A program made the position numbers and the translations under genes. Below, one piece after another: positions 40,930 to 50,525 of a stretch of DNA of 64,000 nucleotides (position 1 is the stretch's first letter; each line of letters begins with the position of its first letter). Below the pieces are notes generated by a model that did not search any database, was not told where the DNA came from, and saw nothing but the letters and a program-made list of their open reading frames with translations. This DNA comes from Undibacterium sp. (GTDB lineage Bacteria; Pseudomonadota; Gammaproteobacteria; Burkholderiales; Burkholderiaceae_D): NCBI RefSeq assembly GCF_043726505.1, contig NZ_JAYSKH010000265.1; one strand, given 5' to 3'.

Positions 40930-41230
40930 TTAATTACCCAAGTGTAGCCTTTCCTACCGGATGACACAACTGGAGGCCGAATTTTTGCCGCCATTTTGCA
41001 CAGCAAGCCAAATTACCGGACAGACATAGTGCGCTGAATACAGATATCCAGGCTATCCGACATATTTTGCATATTCTTAAAAAATTTTGTTCTATGCTGT
41101 AAGTTATCCTGAATTGGCCCGACAGATGCATAAGTCGATGCAGCAGGATATAGAAGAAGAGATCCACTGCAGCGCACTTATGACGCATGTCCATCCGAAG
41201 AGCCACACTTTTACATCACTGGAGAATACA

Positions 41231-41494
41231 ATGAAACAAGCTATCCAAACTGGCGCAATGATCGCCATCGCCGCAGCTACAATGGCCCTGTCTGGCGCTT
41301 CCTTCGCTGCCGACAGCGCTGCCAGCACAGCCAAAGTACACTGCTCCGGCATCAACAGCTGCAAAGGCACAGCAGAATGCAAAACTGCAGAAAACGCCTG
41401 CAAAGGTCAAAATTCCTGCAAAGGCCATGGTTTTGTCAGCACCACAGCAGCAGAATGCAAAGCACAAAACGGCAAAGTCATCGACGCCAAGTAA
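41231..41494 (+). CDS. bufA: Bufferin-type RiPP precursor (BufA2-like): Sec signal plus 6-Cys core
   Basis: GGAGA RBS; signal ...ASFA; core VHCSGINSCKGTAECKTAENACKGQNSCKGHGF...AECK with repeated CKG motifs; directly upstream of DUF692. Confidence 0.85.
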   Translation: MKQAIQTGAMIAIAAATMALSGASFAADSAASTAKVHCSGINSCKGTAECKTAENACKGQNSCKGHGFVSTTAAECKAQNGKVIDAK

Positions 41495-41577
41495 TATTTA
41501 CCCGGTAGCACTTTCTTCTGTTAGTCGGACTATGCATAGGCCCCCTCAGGCATAGGCTGATCGGAGAAACGGCATTC

Positions 41578-41611
41578 GGTGCGCCGGCGTCATTGCCGGC
41601 GCACCTTTTTT
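41578..41611 (+). terminator. Intrinsic terminator between precursor and MNIO gene
   Basis: GGTGCGCCGGC-GTCATT-GCCGGCGCACC-TTTTTT. Confidence 0.88.
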
Positions 41612-41632
41612 CATTTAGGCGAACATTTCCGC

Positions 41633-42502
41633 ATGCATACTATGACTGCTCCCGCTGCTTCACCCGGTTTCGGCCTTGGCCTGCGCACCGCGCATTACCA
41701 TGAAATCCTGGCGCAACAGCAGCCCGTGGACTGGTTTGAAATTCTGTCGGAAAACTATATGGTGCCGGGCGGCAAACCGCTGGCAATGCTGGACAGCATA
41801 AGGCAGGACTACCCGATGGTCATGCATGGCGTATCCATGTCGATAGGTACGCCGGAAGGCCCGGACGAAAGCTATCTGCACGACCTGAAAAAACTGATGC
41901 AGCGCGTGCAGCCGCTATGGGTATCGGACCACTTGTGCTGGACCGGCGTGCACGGCAAGAATATGCACGACCTGCTTCCACTGCCGTACACCGAAGAAAC
42001 GGTGAAGCTGGTCGCGGCCAACGTCCGCCGCGTGCAAGATTACCTGGAGCGCCCGCTGGTGCTGGAAAACGTCTCCAGCTATCTGTCCTTCAACAGTGAC
42101 AGCATGCCGGAATGGGAGTTCGTCACGGCGGTGGCGGAAGAATCCGACAGCCTGATCCTGCTGGACGTGAACAATATCTACGTCAGCAGCTTCAACCACG
42201 GTTTTGATCCGCTGACCTATCTCGAAGGCATACCGCAGGGACGGGTACAGCAGATCCATCTGGCCGGGCACAGCCATCATGGCACACACATTATTGATAC
42301 GCATGATCACCCGGTGGTTGACCCAGTGTGGCAGCTGTATGCTGCCGCATTGCGCCGTTTCGGCCAGGTCGCCAGTATGATAGAACGCGACGACAATATT
42401 CCGCCATTGGCGGAGCTTGTTACCGAACTGGGCGTTGCGCGTACTATCGCTGCCGGCGTACTTGCAGAACAGCAGGCACAGCACACGGAGGCGTACGCAT
42501 GA
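41633..42502 (+). CDS. bufB: DUF692 multinuclear non-heme iron-dependent oxidative enzyme (MNIO, BufB-like)
   Basis: [58 protein letters not shown]. Start is 41633 or 41642. Confidence 0.93.
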   Translation: MHTMTAPAASPGFGLGLRTAHYHEILAQQQPVDWFEILSENYMVPGGKPLAMLDSIRQDYPMVMHGVSMSIGTPEGPDESYLHDLKKLMQRVQPLWVSDHLCWTGVHGKNMHDLLPLPYTEETVKLVAANVRRVQDYLERPLVLENVSSYLSFNSDSMPEWEFVTAVAEESDSLILLDVNNIYVSSFNHGFDPLTYLEGIPQGRVQQIHLAGHSHHGTHIIDTHDHPVVDPVWQLYAAALRRFGQVASMIERDDNIPPLAELVTELGVARTIAAGVLAEQQAQHTEAYA

Positions 42503-43305
42503 GCGTTCCGGCCAACAATACGCAGCAGCTACAGGACAAGTTTCAGCAATACGTGATGGGCACGGATACTGCACATGCGACCCAGCCCGCCATACTAGGT
42601 GATATCAGGGAACAATTCGGCCTGCCCGCCAAAGACCGGCTGGCAATTTATTATGACGCCTACCGGCTGCGCATACGCGATGCGCTGGCCGATGCCTTTG
42701 GCAATACGCACGGCTATCTGGGCGACGATATGTTCTACGCATTCTGCTACGACTATATCGACACCCATCCTTCGCAGCTGCGCAACCTGCGCTGGTACGG
42801 CGCACACTTCCCAGCCTTCCTGGCGGAGCGGCTGCCGGCCCACCCTGTCGTTGCAGAACTGGCGGCATTTGAATGGACACTGGGCCTGGCCTTTGACGCT
42901 GAGGACCAGCCTGTGCTGGCGCTGGAGGAGCTGCGCGCATTGGCGCCGGAAGACTGGGAAGGACTGGGTTTTGAATGCCACCCCTCCCTGCATTTCCTCG
43001 ATATGCAATGGAACGCGGTCGCAATCTGGCTCGCATTGAGCGAAGAGCAGGAACCTCCCGCTGCGGAACAAGGGACGAGTACGTCGTGGCTGGTATGGCG
43101 CAAGGATTTGCAGGCGCATTTCCGTTCGCTGGCGGATGAAGAACGCGATGCCTTGCGCGGACTCAATGCGGGCAGTAGCTTTTCCGACGTGTGCGCGATG
43201 GCGGCAGATACTAATCCTGAGATCACGCCGCAGATTGCAGGCTGGCTGCAAACCTGGCTCAACAATGAAATGCTGAGTCGCTTACGGCGGCAAAGCGCAG
43301 CCTAG
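42499..43305 (+). CDS. bufC: DUF2063 MNIO partner protein (BufC/HvfC-like)
   Basis: [32 protein letters not shown]; ATGA overlap with DUF692. Confidence 0.88.
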   Translation: MSVPANNTQQLQDKFQQYVMGTDTAHATQPAILGDIREQFGLPAKDRLAIYYDAYRLRIRDALADAFGNTHGYLGDDMFYAFCYDYIDTHPSQLRNLRWYGAHFPAFLAERLPAHPVVAELAAFEWTLGLAFDAEDQPVLALEELRALAPEDWEGLGFECHPSLHFLDMQWNAVAIWLALSEEQEPPAAEQGTSTSWLVWRKDLQAHFRSLADEERDALRGLNAGSSFSDVCAMAADTNPEITPQIAGWLQTWLNNEMLSRLRRQSAA

Positions 43306-43366
43306 GCTTCTTGTTCCTCCTTCTTGCTCCTTCTTCTTGTTTGGCCTTCTTTTTGCGCCTGCCTGC

Positions 43367-45283
43367 TTACCGCGGCAGGCCGCCGAAAATCACTTCCACG
43401 TCGAACGCACCGCGCAGCGCATTGCATAGCATCACGCGATCTGCGTTGCGCAAATCTTCCAGCGTCGCCTGCTCTTCGCTCAGCCGGAATACCGGGTCGT
43501 CCATCAGCACGCTGCGCATCACGCCCGGCAACACACCATCTGACAACGGTGGCGTGGTCCAGCGTCCGTCTTTTTGCAGCAGCACATTGGTGCGCCCGCC
43601 TTCGGTCAGATAGCCGTGTTCATTGAAGAACAGCATATCGAAAGCACCCTGCTTTTCTGCGTCGCGCCATGCGCTGTCATAGCGGTGGCGCACCGTGGTT
43701 TTGTGGCGCAGGAAGAGATCGCTGCCGGTAGTGTTATCCGCCGCCAGCAGCACGCTGATTTTATTTTGCAGCGGCTGCAGCATGGCGCTGGTGACATCAA
43801 TGTCACCAGCAGCCTGCAACGCCAGCCGCACGCGGTAGGCGCCTTCGCCTGCCAGCCCAACGCGCAGTTGTTCCAGCCTGTTGCGAATTGCATCTTCATC
43901 AAAGGCAAACCCAAAATACACGGCCGACGCGTGCAAACGCTGCAAATGCCGTTCCAGGTAGCGGCAGCCGTCCTGCTGCGTTGCCTGCATGGTCTCGAAC
44001 AGGCTGAATTGTGCAGGCAGCCCAGTCAGGAAGCCTGCCTTTAGCCGGCACTCGGCATATTCATCGGCAGCTACGCTGTCATAGACGATACCGGCACCCA
44101 CGCCCAGCACGCCGCGGCGAATATCCGCCGCTTTGGCGGCATCGGATGCAGGCGGCTGCAGGTGCAGCGTGCGTATCGGCACCGACAGGCAAAAATCGCC
44201 TATGCTGCGGCCTTCCACAGGCGGATCGAACCAGCCTATGCCGCCGGTATATAAACCACGCGGCTCACTCTCCAGTTCACGGATGATCTGCATCGTCCTG
44301 CGCTTGGGCGCGCCGGTAATGGAGCCGCAGGGATAGAGAGCGGACAGGATCGCATGCAGACCCAGCTCCGGCTTCAGCTCTGCTTGCACTGTAGACGTCA
44401 TCTGCAGCACGCTGGAAAAGCGCGTGACATCGAACAGGCGCGGCACGCGTACGCTGCCGGTTTTTGCGATGCAGCCCAGATCGTTTCTCAGCAGATCCAC
44501 GATCATCAGGTTTTCTGCGCGGTTCTTGGCATCTGCAGCAAGCGCGGTAGACCGGCGAAGGTCTTCTTGCGCATCACCACTGGCGGCAGCGGTACCTTTC
44601 ATTGGCCGGGCGGTCAGCATGCCGGCGGCATGCTGGACAAACAGCTCGGGCGATAGCGACAGCACAGCCTCGCCGCCCGGCAATACGATCAGCGCACCAT
44701 ACGGCACCGGCTGGCGCTGGCGCAGCCGCCGGTACAGCGCCTGCGGTGATCCGTAAGCATCAAAATGCAGGCGGTATGTATAGTTGACCTGGTAGGTGTC
44801 GCCAGCAGCGATATAGGCCTGCACCTGTGCAATGGCTGCTGTGAAAGCGGCTGCATCGACGCTAGGGCGCACGCCGGCAATCCCGGCGACTTCGTTACCG
44901 CTATTGGCTTCAGCCTGCGCATCCAGCCAGGCCTGCACTTGTGCCGCCGTCATCTGCTCGCAACGGGCAAACAACAGCATTCTGGATGGCTGCTCGACCA
45001 GTGTGCCGGCGGCATCATTGAAGGGCACTGCATGCAGGCGCGCACCGGTGTCGTACGACAGCAGCGCCACCGCATAGGCGCCTTGCTGTACTGCCGCCTG
45101 TGTTTGCACCAGCATGTTTTCCCACGAGGCGGCATCACTGCATTCCAGCATATGGGTCAACTGCGTGTACAGGCGGGATGTCGCAGAGGAAGCTTCGGAC
45201 TGTGCATCGTCCAGCAAGGCAAAACAATCCACTGAATGACGGGAACCTGAAGAGGAAATGAGTAGGGCAGACGATGAAGGCAC
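43367..45283 (-). CDS. pabB: Aminodeoxychorismate synthase component I fused to class IV aminotransferase/ADC lyase (PabB-PabC)
   Basis: YQVNYT, SPELF, PMKGT, KNRAENLMIVDLLRNDL, GSITGAPK; C-terminal RHKTT, EGGRTN, LPGVMR. Confidence 0.9.
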   Translation of the reverse strand: MPSSSALLISSSGSRHSVDCFALLDDAQSEASSATSRLYTQLTHMLECSDAASWENMLVQTQAAVQQGAYAVALLSYDTGARLHAVPFNDAAGTLVEQPSRMLLFARCEQMTAAQVQAWLDAQAEANSGNEVAGIAGVRPSVDAAAFTAAIAQVQAYIAAGDTYQVNYTYRLHFDAYGSPQALYRRLRQRQPVPYGALIVLPGGEAVLSLSPELFVQHAAGMLTARPMKGTAAASGDAQEDLRRSTALAADAKNRAENLMIVDLLRNDLGCIAKTGSVRVPRLFDVTRFSSVLQMTSTVQAELKPELGLHAILSALYPCGSITGAPKRRTMQIIRELESEPRGLYTGGIGWFDPPVEGRSIGDFCLSVPIRTLHLQPPASDAAKAADIRRGVLGVGAGIVYDSVAADEYAECRLKAGFLTGLPAQFSLFETMQATQQDGCRYLERHLQRLHASAVYFGFAFDEDAIRNRLEQLRVGLAGEGAYRVRLALQAAGDIDVTSAMLQPLQNKISVLLAADNTTGSDLFLRHKTTVRHRYDSAWRDAEKQGAFDMLFFNEHGYLTEGGRTNVLLQKDGRWTTPPLSDGVLPGVMRSVLMDDPVFRLSEEQATLEDLRNADRVMLCNALRGAFDVEVIFGGLPR

Positions 45284-45311
45284 GATAAGCGGAGCGTCAG
45301 TACGGAAATCA

Positions 45312-45339
45312 GATCGGTGGTCGGATCGGTGGTCGGATC
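45312..45339. repeat. 12-bp tandem duplication in a divergent promoter region
   Basis: GATCGGTGGTCG GATCGGTGGTCG GATC. Confidence 0.85.
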
Positions 45340-45509
45340 AGGAATCAAATGCGAATGCCGTGCAGTGTAACCGCAGAAGACCCGCACTGCACGGCGGGAT
45401 TGTCAACTACCGCGCAGGCAATGTGGCGCGCGGAGGATTAAATGCCGGGGCAAACTTTCACATCTGCCAATATTCATTGATAATGGCGACACCATTCGAT
45501 GAGGACTAC

Positions 45510-46784
45510 ATGCAAAGGCTTGCGCCCAATTTGCCGCTGGCAAGGAAGTTTTTAAGCTACAACTTTACCGCCATCGCAGCCAGCCTGCTGGCGACACTGG
45601 CTTGCCTGCTGGCGATTACTTTTTTTATTGCCGAGCGGCATGTACGCAGCGAAGCCATTTCAGAAGCAGGCATGCTGGCTGCCAGTCTGGCGCCCGCAGT
45701 TTCCATCCTGGATGCGCCGGCAGCCCGTAACCAGATATCCCAATTCAGCAGCCGCCCCGGCCTGCTGTCTGTCAGCGTCTACGATGCGGGCGGACGCTTT
45801 TTTGTCAGCTGGAGCGTGCTGAGCCAGTTCAACGGCGCCGCCGATGCCGGCATGCCGGCTATGGACAAATCCGTGCATACCCGCTGGAGCATCAGCCAGT
45901 TGAGCGTGACCGCCCCCATCCAGATGGATGACGGCAGCATCGGCAGGCTGCAGATGCATACCAGCATCGTGTCCGTTTACGTAGAGCTGCTGGGCTTACT
46001 GCTGTCCGGCCTGCTGCTGAGCGCCATCGCCGCACTATTTGCCTGCTACTGGCTGACCCGGCGGCAGATAGATGCGCTGGAGCCCCTGCATGAACTGGTA
46101 ACAGTATCAGATCAGGTAGTGACGCTGAACGACTACAGCATGCGCATCTGGAATGATGGCGAACATGAATTTGCGCCGCTGATCCAGCATTTCAACCAGA
46201 TGCTGGCGCGTATCGATACCTGGGAATCCAGCGAGGACGTGGCCATCCGCCGGCAGCGTGAGGAAGAACAAAGGATAGATATCCTGGATAACCACGACAG
46301 CCTGACACGGCTGCCGAACCGCCACTATTTCCATCGCGTGCTGGTGCATCACATCGATGAGGCAATGCAGACCGGCGAGCTTGCCGCGCTGATGTTCATC
46401 GACATCGACAACTTCAAATCCATCAATGACGAGTTCGGCTATGAGGCAGGCGACCTTGTGCTGACGACGATCGCTGGCCGGCTGGCGGCGACGTTGCGCG
46501 GCACCGATACGCTATGCCGCATAGGAGGAGACGAGTTTGCAGCGATACTGCCGCAGGTAGGCAGCGTGCAGCTGGCTGAATCGCTGGCGGAGCGGCTGCT
46601 GGCCGTGATACGGCAACCCATTCCGCTATATGGCCAGAAACTGGCCGTCAGCGCCAGCATAGGTCTGACGTGTGCGCCACTGCATGCGCAGGAGCAGAGG
46701 CAGCTGCTGCGCAACGGCGATCTTGCACTGGCAACCGCCAAGGCAGCGGGCAAGGACAGCTACTACACGCATACCACCGCATAA
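45510..46784 (+). CDS. Membrane diguanylate cyclase (periplasmic sensor-HAMP-GGDEF)
   Basis: Two TM segments, HAMP-like linker, HDSLTRLPNR, FIDIDNFK, RGTD I-site five residues before an intact GGDEF. GAGGA RBS before ATG 45510; ATG 45483 is an alternative. Confidence 0.9.
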   Translation: MQRLAPNLPLARKFLSYNFTAIAASLLATLACLLAITFFIAERHVRSEAISEAGMLAASLAPAVSILDAPAARNQISQFSSRPGLLSVSVYDAGGRFFVSWSVLSQFNGAADAGMPAMDKSVHTRWSISQLSVTAPIQMDDGSIGRLQMHTSIVSVYVELLGLLLSGLLLSAIAALFACYWLTRRQIDALEPLHELVTVSDQVVTLNDYSMRIWNDGEHEFAPLIQHFNQMLARIDTWESSEDVAIRRQREEEQRIDILDNHDSLTRLPNRHYFHRVLVHHIDEAMQTGELAALMFIDIDNFKSINDEFGYEAGDLVLTTIAGRLAATLRGTDTLCRIGGDEFAAILPQVGSVQLAESLAERLLAVIRQPIPLYGQKLAVSASIGLTCAPLHAQEQRQLLRNGDLALATAKAAGKDSYYTHTTA

Positions 46785-46823
46785 GGCAGGCAGTACGTCA
46801 GCCCAGAAGTAACTTCAGCAGTA

Positions 46824-47399
46824 TCAACGCAACAGCAGCGCCACCTGCAACGCACCGAACTCGGTCGGCAGTTGCTTGAAACCTGTTTTGGCATAACGGT
46901 GCCAGCGGCCGACAATAAAGCTGGACAGCATGCTGGCGCGGCCGGCTACTTCGGATTCCACTGCTTTACCCTGCGTCACCGCCAGCCTCAGCGCCTGCTT
47001 GAACGCGAGCTCCAGCCTTTCGACAAACTGGTTCATGCGCACTTGCAGGCGTTCGTCTTCATTGACCAGCGCATCGCCTATCATCACCTTGGTCATGCCG
47101 GGATTGCGCTCTGAAAAATTCAGCAGCATCAGCGCGATGGCCTGCGCCTGCATCAGTCCGTCTTCATGTTGCGCACTGATGTGATTGATCAGGCCGAATA
47201 CCGAGCCCTCAATAAACTCGATCAGGCCCTCGAACATTTGCGCCTTGCTGGCGAAATGGCGGTACAGCGCAGCCTCCGAAACCTCGATCTTTGCCGCCAG
47301 CGCCGCCGTGGTGATTTTTTCACCCTTGGGGTTTTCCAGCATTGCGGCCAGCGTCTGGAGGATCTGCAGCTTGCGTTCGCCCGGTTTAGAGGTTGCCAT
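46824..47399 (-). CDS. slmA: Nucleoid occlusion factor SlmA (TetR family)
   Basis: KPGERKLQILQ, ITTAALAA..VSEAALYRHFASKAQMFEGLIEFIE, NPGMT; argB-HAD-slmA synteny. Confidence 0.92.
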   Translation of the reverse strand: MATSKPGERKLQILQTLAAMLENPKGEKITTAALAAKIEVSEAALYRHFASKAQMFEGLIEFIEGSVFGLINHISAQHEDGLMQAQAIALMLLNFSERNPGMTKVMIGDALVNEDERLQVRMNQFVERLELAFKQALRLAVTQGKAVESEVAGRASMLSSFIVGRWHRYAKTGFKQLPTEFGALQVALLLR

Positions 47400-47493
47400 G
47401 TTTATTTTTTTGAATAATAGATGCGATGTACTGCCGGTGTACTCCCGTGTACCACATGCAGCCGGTTGCCGGCTCCCGCACCGGGTCCGGCAG

Positions 47494-48198
47494 CTAGCTC
47501 CAGCGGCGGCCGGGTAGTTGTTGTACAGATTTTACTGTTACATCTATGCAAGCGGCAGATTTTTTTGACCTGCCCGGCCTGGGCGGCCGCGGCAGGTACT
47601 GCGTCACCAGCACGGTGCGCATGCCCATTTGCTTGGCCGCCCGCAGGTTGGCTACGGTATCTTCCACCAGTACGCAGCGGCCGGCAGCCACGCCCAGCCT
47701 GGCCAGCAGCTTGCGCAGGTAGCCTCGTGATGGCTTGGGGCTCAGCCGGCGGTGCACGCGCATGTCTTCAATGGGGATATGTTCGGCAAAGTGGCGATGC
47801 AGGCCAATGTGGCGCACAACATCGCGCGCGTACTTGCGCGGCGCATTGGTCAGCAATATCTTGCGGCCCGGCAGCCGGCGGAACAAGCCGCCCAACCCTC
47901 GTTCAGCCCGTATCATGGCCGGCAGGTCTGGAAAGCTATGCGCCTCGTGTAGGAAATCGTCGGCGTCGACGCTATGGTGCTTGATGAGCCCCATCAGCGT
48001 CGCGCCATAGCGTTGCCAGTAAAGCAGCCGGGCAGCATCTACCGTCGCCGCATCCGCCGGGTTGACGCCATCCCCCAGTACCCTGGCCATGTACGCATTC
48101 ATATTGACGTTTACCGCCGGAAAAATGGCGTGCGACGCGTTATGCAGCGTATTGTCGAGGTCAAACAGCCAGACCGGGCCGGAACGCTTGGATTTCAT
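47494..48198 (-). CDS. Pyrimidine 5'-nucleotidase-like HAD hydrolase
   Basis: WLFDLDNTLH, LLTNAP, PKP, LVEDTVANL. Confidence 0.88.
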   Translation of the reverse strand: MKSKRSGPVWLFDLDNTLHNASHAIFPAVNVNMNAYMARVLGDGVNPADAATVDAARLLYWQRYGATLMGLIKHHSVDADDFLHEAHSFPDLPAMIRAERGLGGLFRRLPGRKILLTNAPRKYARDVVRHIGLHRHFAEHIPIEDMRVHRRLSPKPSRGYLRKLLARLGVAAGRCVLVEDTVANLRAAKQMGMRTVLVTQYLPRPPRPGRSKKSAACIDVTVKSVQQLPGRRWS

Positions 48199-48259
48199 CG
48201 GAGTATGGAGTGCGGCAGCACGGCAACACAAGCTGCCGATGCTGCCAGATAGACAAAGC

Positions 48260-49183
48260 CTAGTGGCTGCGTATCATCGTGCCGAACGCTTGTTCGGTCA
48301 GTACTTCCAGCAGCAGCGAATGTTCGATGCGGCCGTCGATAATGTGCACTGTGTTGACACCCGATTTGGCGGCATCCAGCGCCGACGAGATTTTTGGCAG
48401 CATGCCGCCGGAAATGGTGCCGTCGGCAAACATCTCGTCAATCTCGCGCGCCGACAGATCCGTGACCAGATTACCCTGCTTGTCCAGCACGCCGGGGATG
48501 TTGGTCATCATGATCAGTTTTTCAGCTTTCAGGATCTCGGCGATCTTGCCGGCGACCACGTCAGCGTTGATGTTATACGCCTGGCCGTCGTCACCGAAGC
48601 CGATAGGCGAGATGATGGGAATGAAGGCATCATCCTGCAGCGCCTTGACAACCGCCGGGTTGATCGCGTCGATCTCGCCGACGAAGCCGATATCGAGGAA
48701 GTTGCCAGGATTTTCGCGGTCGGGCATCTTCAGCTTGCGCGCGCGGATCAGGCCGCCGTCCTTGCCGGTCAGGCCCACTGCCTGGCCGCCGTAATGGTTG
48801 ATCAGCATGACGATATCCTGCTGCACTTCACCGCCCAAGACCCATTCCACCACTTCCATGGTTTCTTCGTCGGTAATACGCATGCCCTGCACAAAAGTGC
48901 CCTGCTTACCCACTTTTTTCAGTGCATTGTCGATTTGCGGGCCGCCGCCGTGCACGACCACAGGGTTCATGCCGACCAGTTTCAGCAAAATCACATCGCG
49001 CGCAAAACCGTGTTTCAGCCGTTCTTCGGTCATTGCGTTGCCGCCGTATTTGACGACGATGGTTTTTCCGTGAAATTTACGGATATACGGCAGCGCTTCA
49101 GCTAGAATCTCTGCCTTGATCTCGGGAGCAACGGAAGCCAGTTTGTCTATCGGCGCCGTTTCGGTATCGGTTGCATTGCTCAT
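48260..49183 (-). CDS. argB: Acetylglutamate kinase
   Basis: [34 protein letters not shown]. Confidence 0.97.
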   Translation of the reverse strand: MSNATDTETAPIDKLASVAPEIKAEILAEALPYIRKFHGKTIVVKYGGNAMTEERLKHGFARDVILLKLVGMNPVVVHGGGPQIDNALKKVGKQGTFVQGMRITDEETMEVVEWVLGGEVQQDIVMLINHYGGQAVGLTGKDGGLIRARKLKMPDRENPGNFLDIGFVGEIDAINPAVVKALQDDAFIPIISPIGFGDDGQAYNINADVVAGKIAEILKAEKLIMMTNIPGVLDKQGNLVTDLSAREIDEMFADGTISGGMLPKISSALDAAKSGVNTVHIIDGRIEHSLLLEVLTEQAFGTMIRSH

Positions 49184-49319
49184 AAGGTATCCTGATGTCC
49201 TGATTAAGGGTCTTCTTGAAGGTCTTTAATTCAATTTTCAGGATTTTACAGGGAAACAGCGCAAGTTTCTTTGCCCGACACAGGTATTTCAGGCCGCAAA
49301 CTTTCAATAATTTGCTCAA

Positions 49320-49889
49320 ATGACATCTAGCGAAACACTTTACTTGCAACTGGAGGCGATGCGCCCCGCGCTGTTGCGCTTTGCCCTGCTGCAATTACGC
49401 AACGACACACTTGCCGAAGACGCCGTGCAGGATGCATTGCTGGCAATTCTGGAAAAACCGGACAATTTTGCCGGCCAGTCTTCATTGCGGACTTATGTCA
49501 TAGGCATCCTGAAATACAAAATCATCGATTGCCTACGCGCCTCAAGCAAGGAAAAACAGTTGCAGACCGAAGATGATGAATCCGAGGCCGACCTGATCGA
49601 CAGCCTGTTTTCCGCCGACGGCCATACCAACGAAATGCCAAGGGCCTGGGGCGACCCGGATGCGACGCTGGAACAGAAGGATTTTTTCCGTGTCATGGAG
49701 GTATGCCTGGAAAAGTTGCCGGCCAAGACTGCGCGGGTTTTCTTGATGCGCGAGTGGCTGGATTTGGATACCGAAGAAATTTGTAAGGAATTGCAGCTGA
49801 CTACGTCTAACGTATGGGTAGTTCTGTACCGCGCACGCTTGCGGCTGCGGGAATGCCTGGATTTGAACTGGTTCGGCAAACAAGCCTAA
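49320..49889 (+). CDS. ECF sigma-70 factor (TIGR02943-like)
   Basis: AEDAVQDALL, SSLRTYVIGILKYKIID, VFLMREWL, EEICKEL..TTSNVWVVLYRARLRLRECL. Confidence 0.9.
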   Translation: MTSSETLYLQLEAMRPALLRFALLQLRNDTLAEDAVQDALLAILEKPDNFAGQSSLRTYVIGILKYKIIDCLRASSKEKQLQTEDDESEADLIDSLFSADGHTNEMPRAWGDPDATLEQKDFFRVMEVCLEKLPAKTARVFLMREWLDLDTEEICKELQLTTSNVWVVLYRARLRLRECLDLNWFGKQA

Positions 49890-49911
49890 TGATATAAATT
49901 GCAGGAAATAT

Positions 49912-50115
49912 ATGCTGATTCGACTCACATGCAAGGAAGCACACCAGATAGTCTCCGAGGGCCTGGACCGGGACCTCGGCGTATTCGTGCGCACACGGCT
50001 GCGCCTGCACCTCAGCGTGTGCGACGCTTGTACCAATTTTAACGGACAGATGCAGACCATACGCCAGGCGATGCAGAAAATGAAATTTGAAGATCCGTTT
50101 TCGCCGGAACCCTAA
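49912..50115 (+). CDS. Soluble zinc-finger anti-sigma factor (zf-HC2/ZAS)
   Basis: TCKEA...HLSVCDAC (HxxxCxxC); 67 aa, no TM; follows the ECF sigma. Confidence 0.9.
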   Translation: MLIRLTCKEAHQIVSEGLDRDLGVFVRTRLRLHLSVCDACTNFNGQMQTIRQAMQKMKFEDPFSPEP

Positions 50116-50151
50116 GCTGGAACCCTACGGCCGGAGCCTTAATACCGCACC

Positions 50152-50373
50152 ATGAGTACTTGTCCGCGCTGCAACGCGCAATTTACCTGCTGCATGGCAG
50201 GCCAGACCGGCAAGGATTGCTGGTGCGGCGCCATGCCCAGACTCAGCCTGGCAGACTTGCCAGCTACCCGTATCGCTATCCCGCAGGACGCCAGCTGCTA
50301 CTGCCCTGACTGCCTGCGCGCATGGAAGGCGGAGCGGGACGCCGCCGCGCAAAACTCCACCCAAAATCCATAA
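50152..50373 (+). CDS. Cysteine-rich CWC family protein
   Basis: CPRC...CC...CWC...CYCPDC; 9 Cys in 73 aa. Confidence 0.85.
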   Translation: MSTCPRCNAQFTCCMAGQTGKDCWCGAMPRLSLADLPATRIAIPQDASCYCPDCLRAWKAERDAAAQNSTQNP

Positions 50374-50525
50374 CAAAATGTCGTAAGTCAGGCCTGCACG
50401 GCCAAGCCGGGGCAACGACTGCCCATTTCAGTTACCATAGGCACGTTTACATAAAATAATATCCATTCCGCCGCTGCGGTGAGACGCGCCTGACAGGACA
50501 TGGATACACACCACCGGAAGCAAGC

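Noticed and set aside
41087-41230. N-terminal extension of the bufferin precursor in the ORF track
   Set aside because: The good RBS (GGAGA) and signal peptide start at ATG 41231; the upstream part is promoter region.
48062-49105. 347-aa plus-strand ORF
   Set aside because: Antisense shadow of argB.
50374-50525. Folate/ZTP-type riboswitch upstream of folE
   Set aside because: No conserved riboswitch motif recognised by eye; an Infernal/Rfam scan would be decisive.
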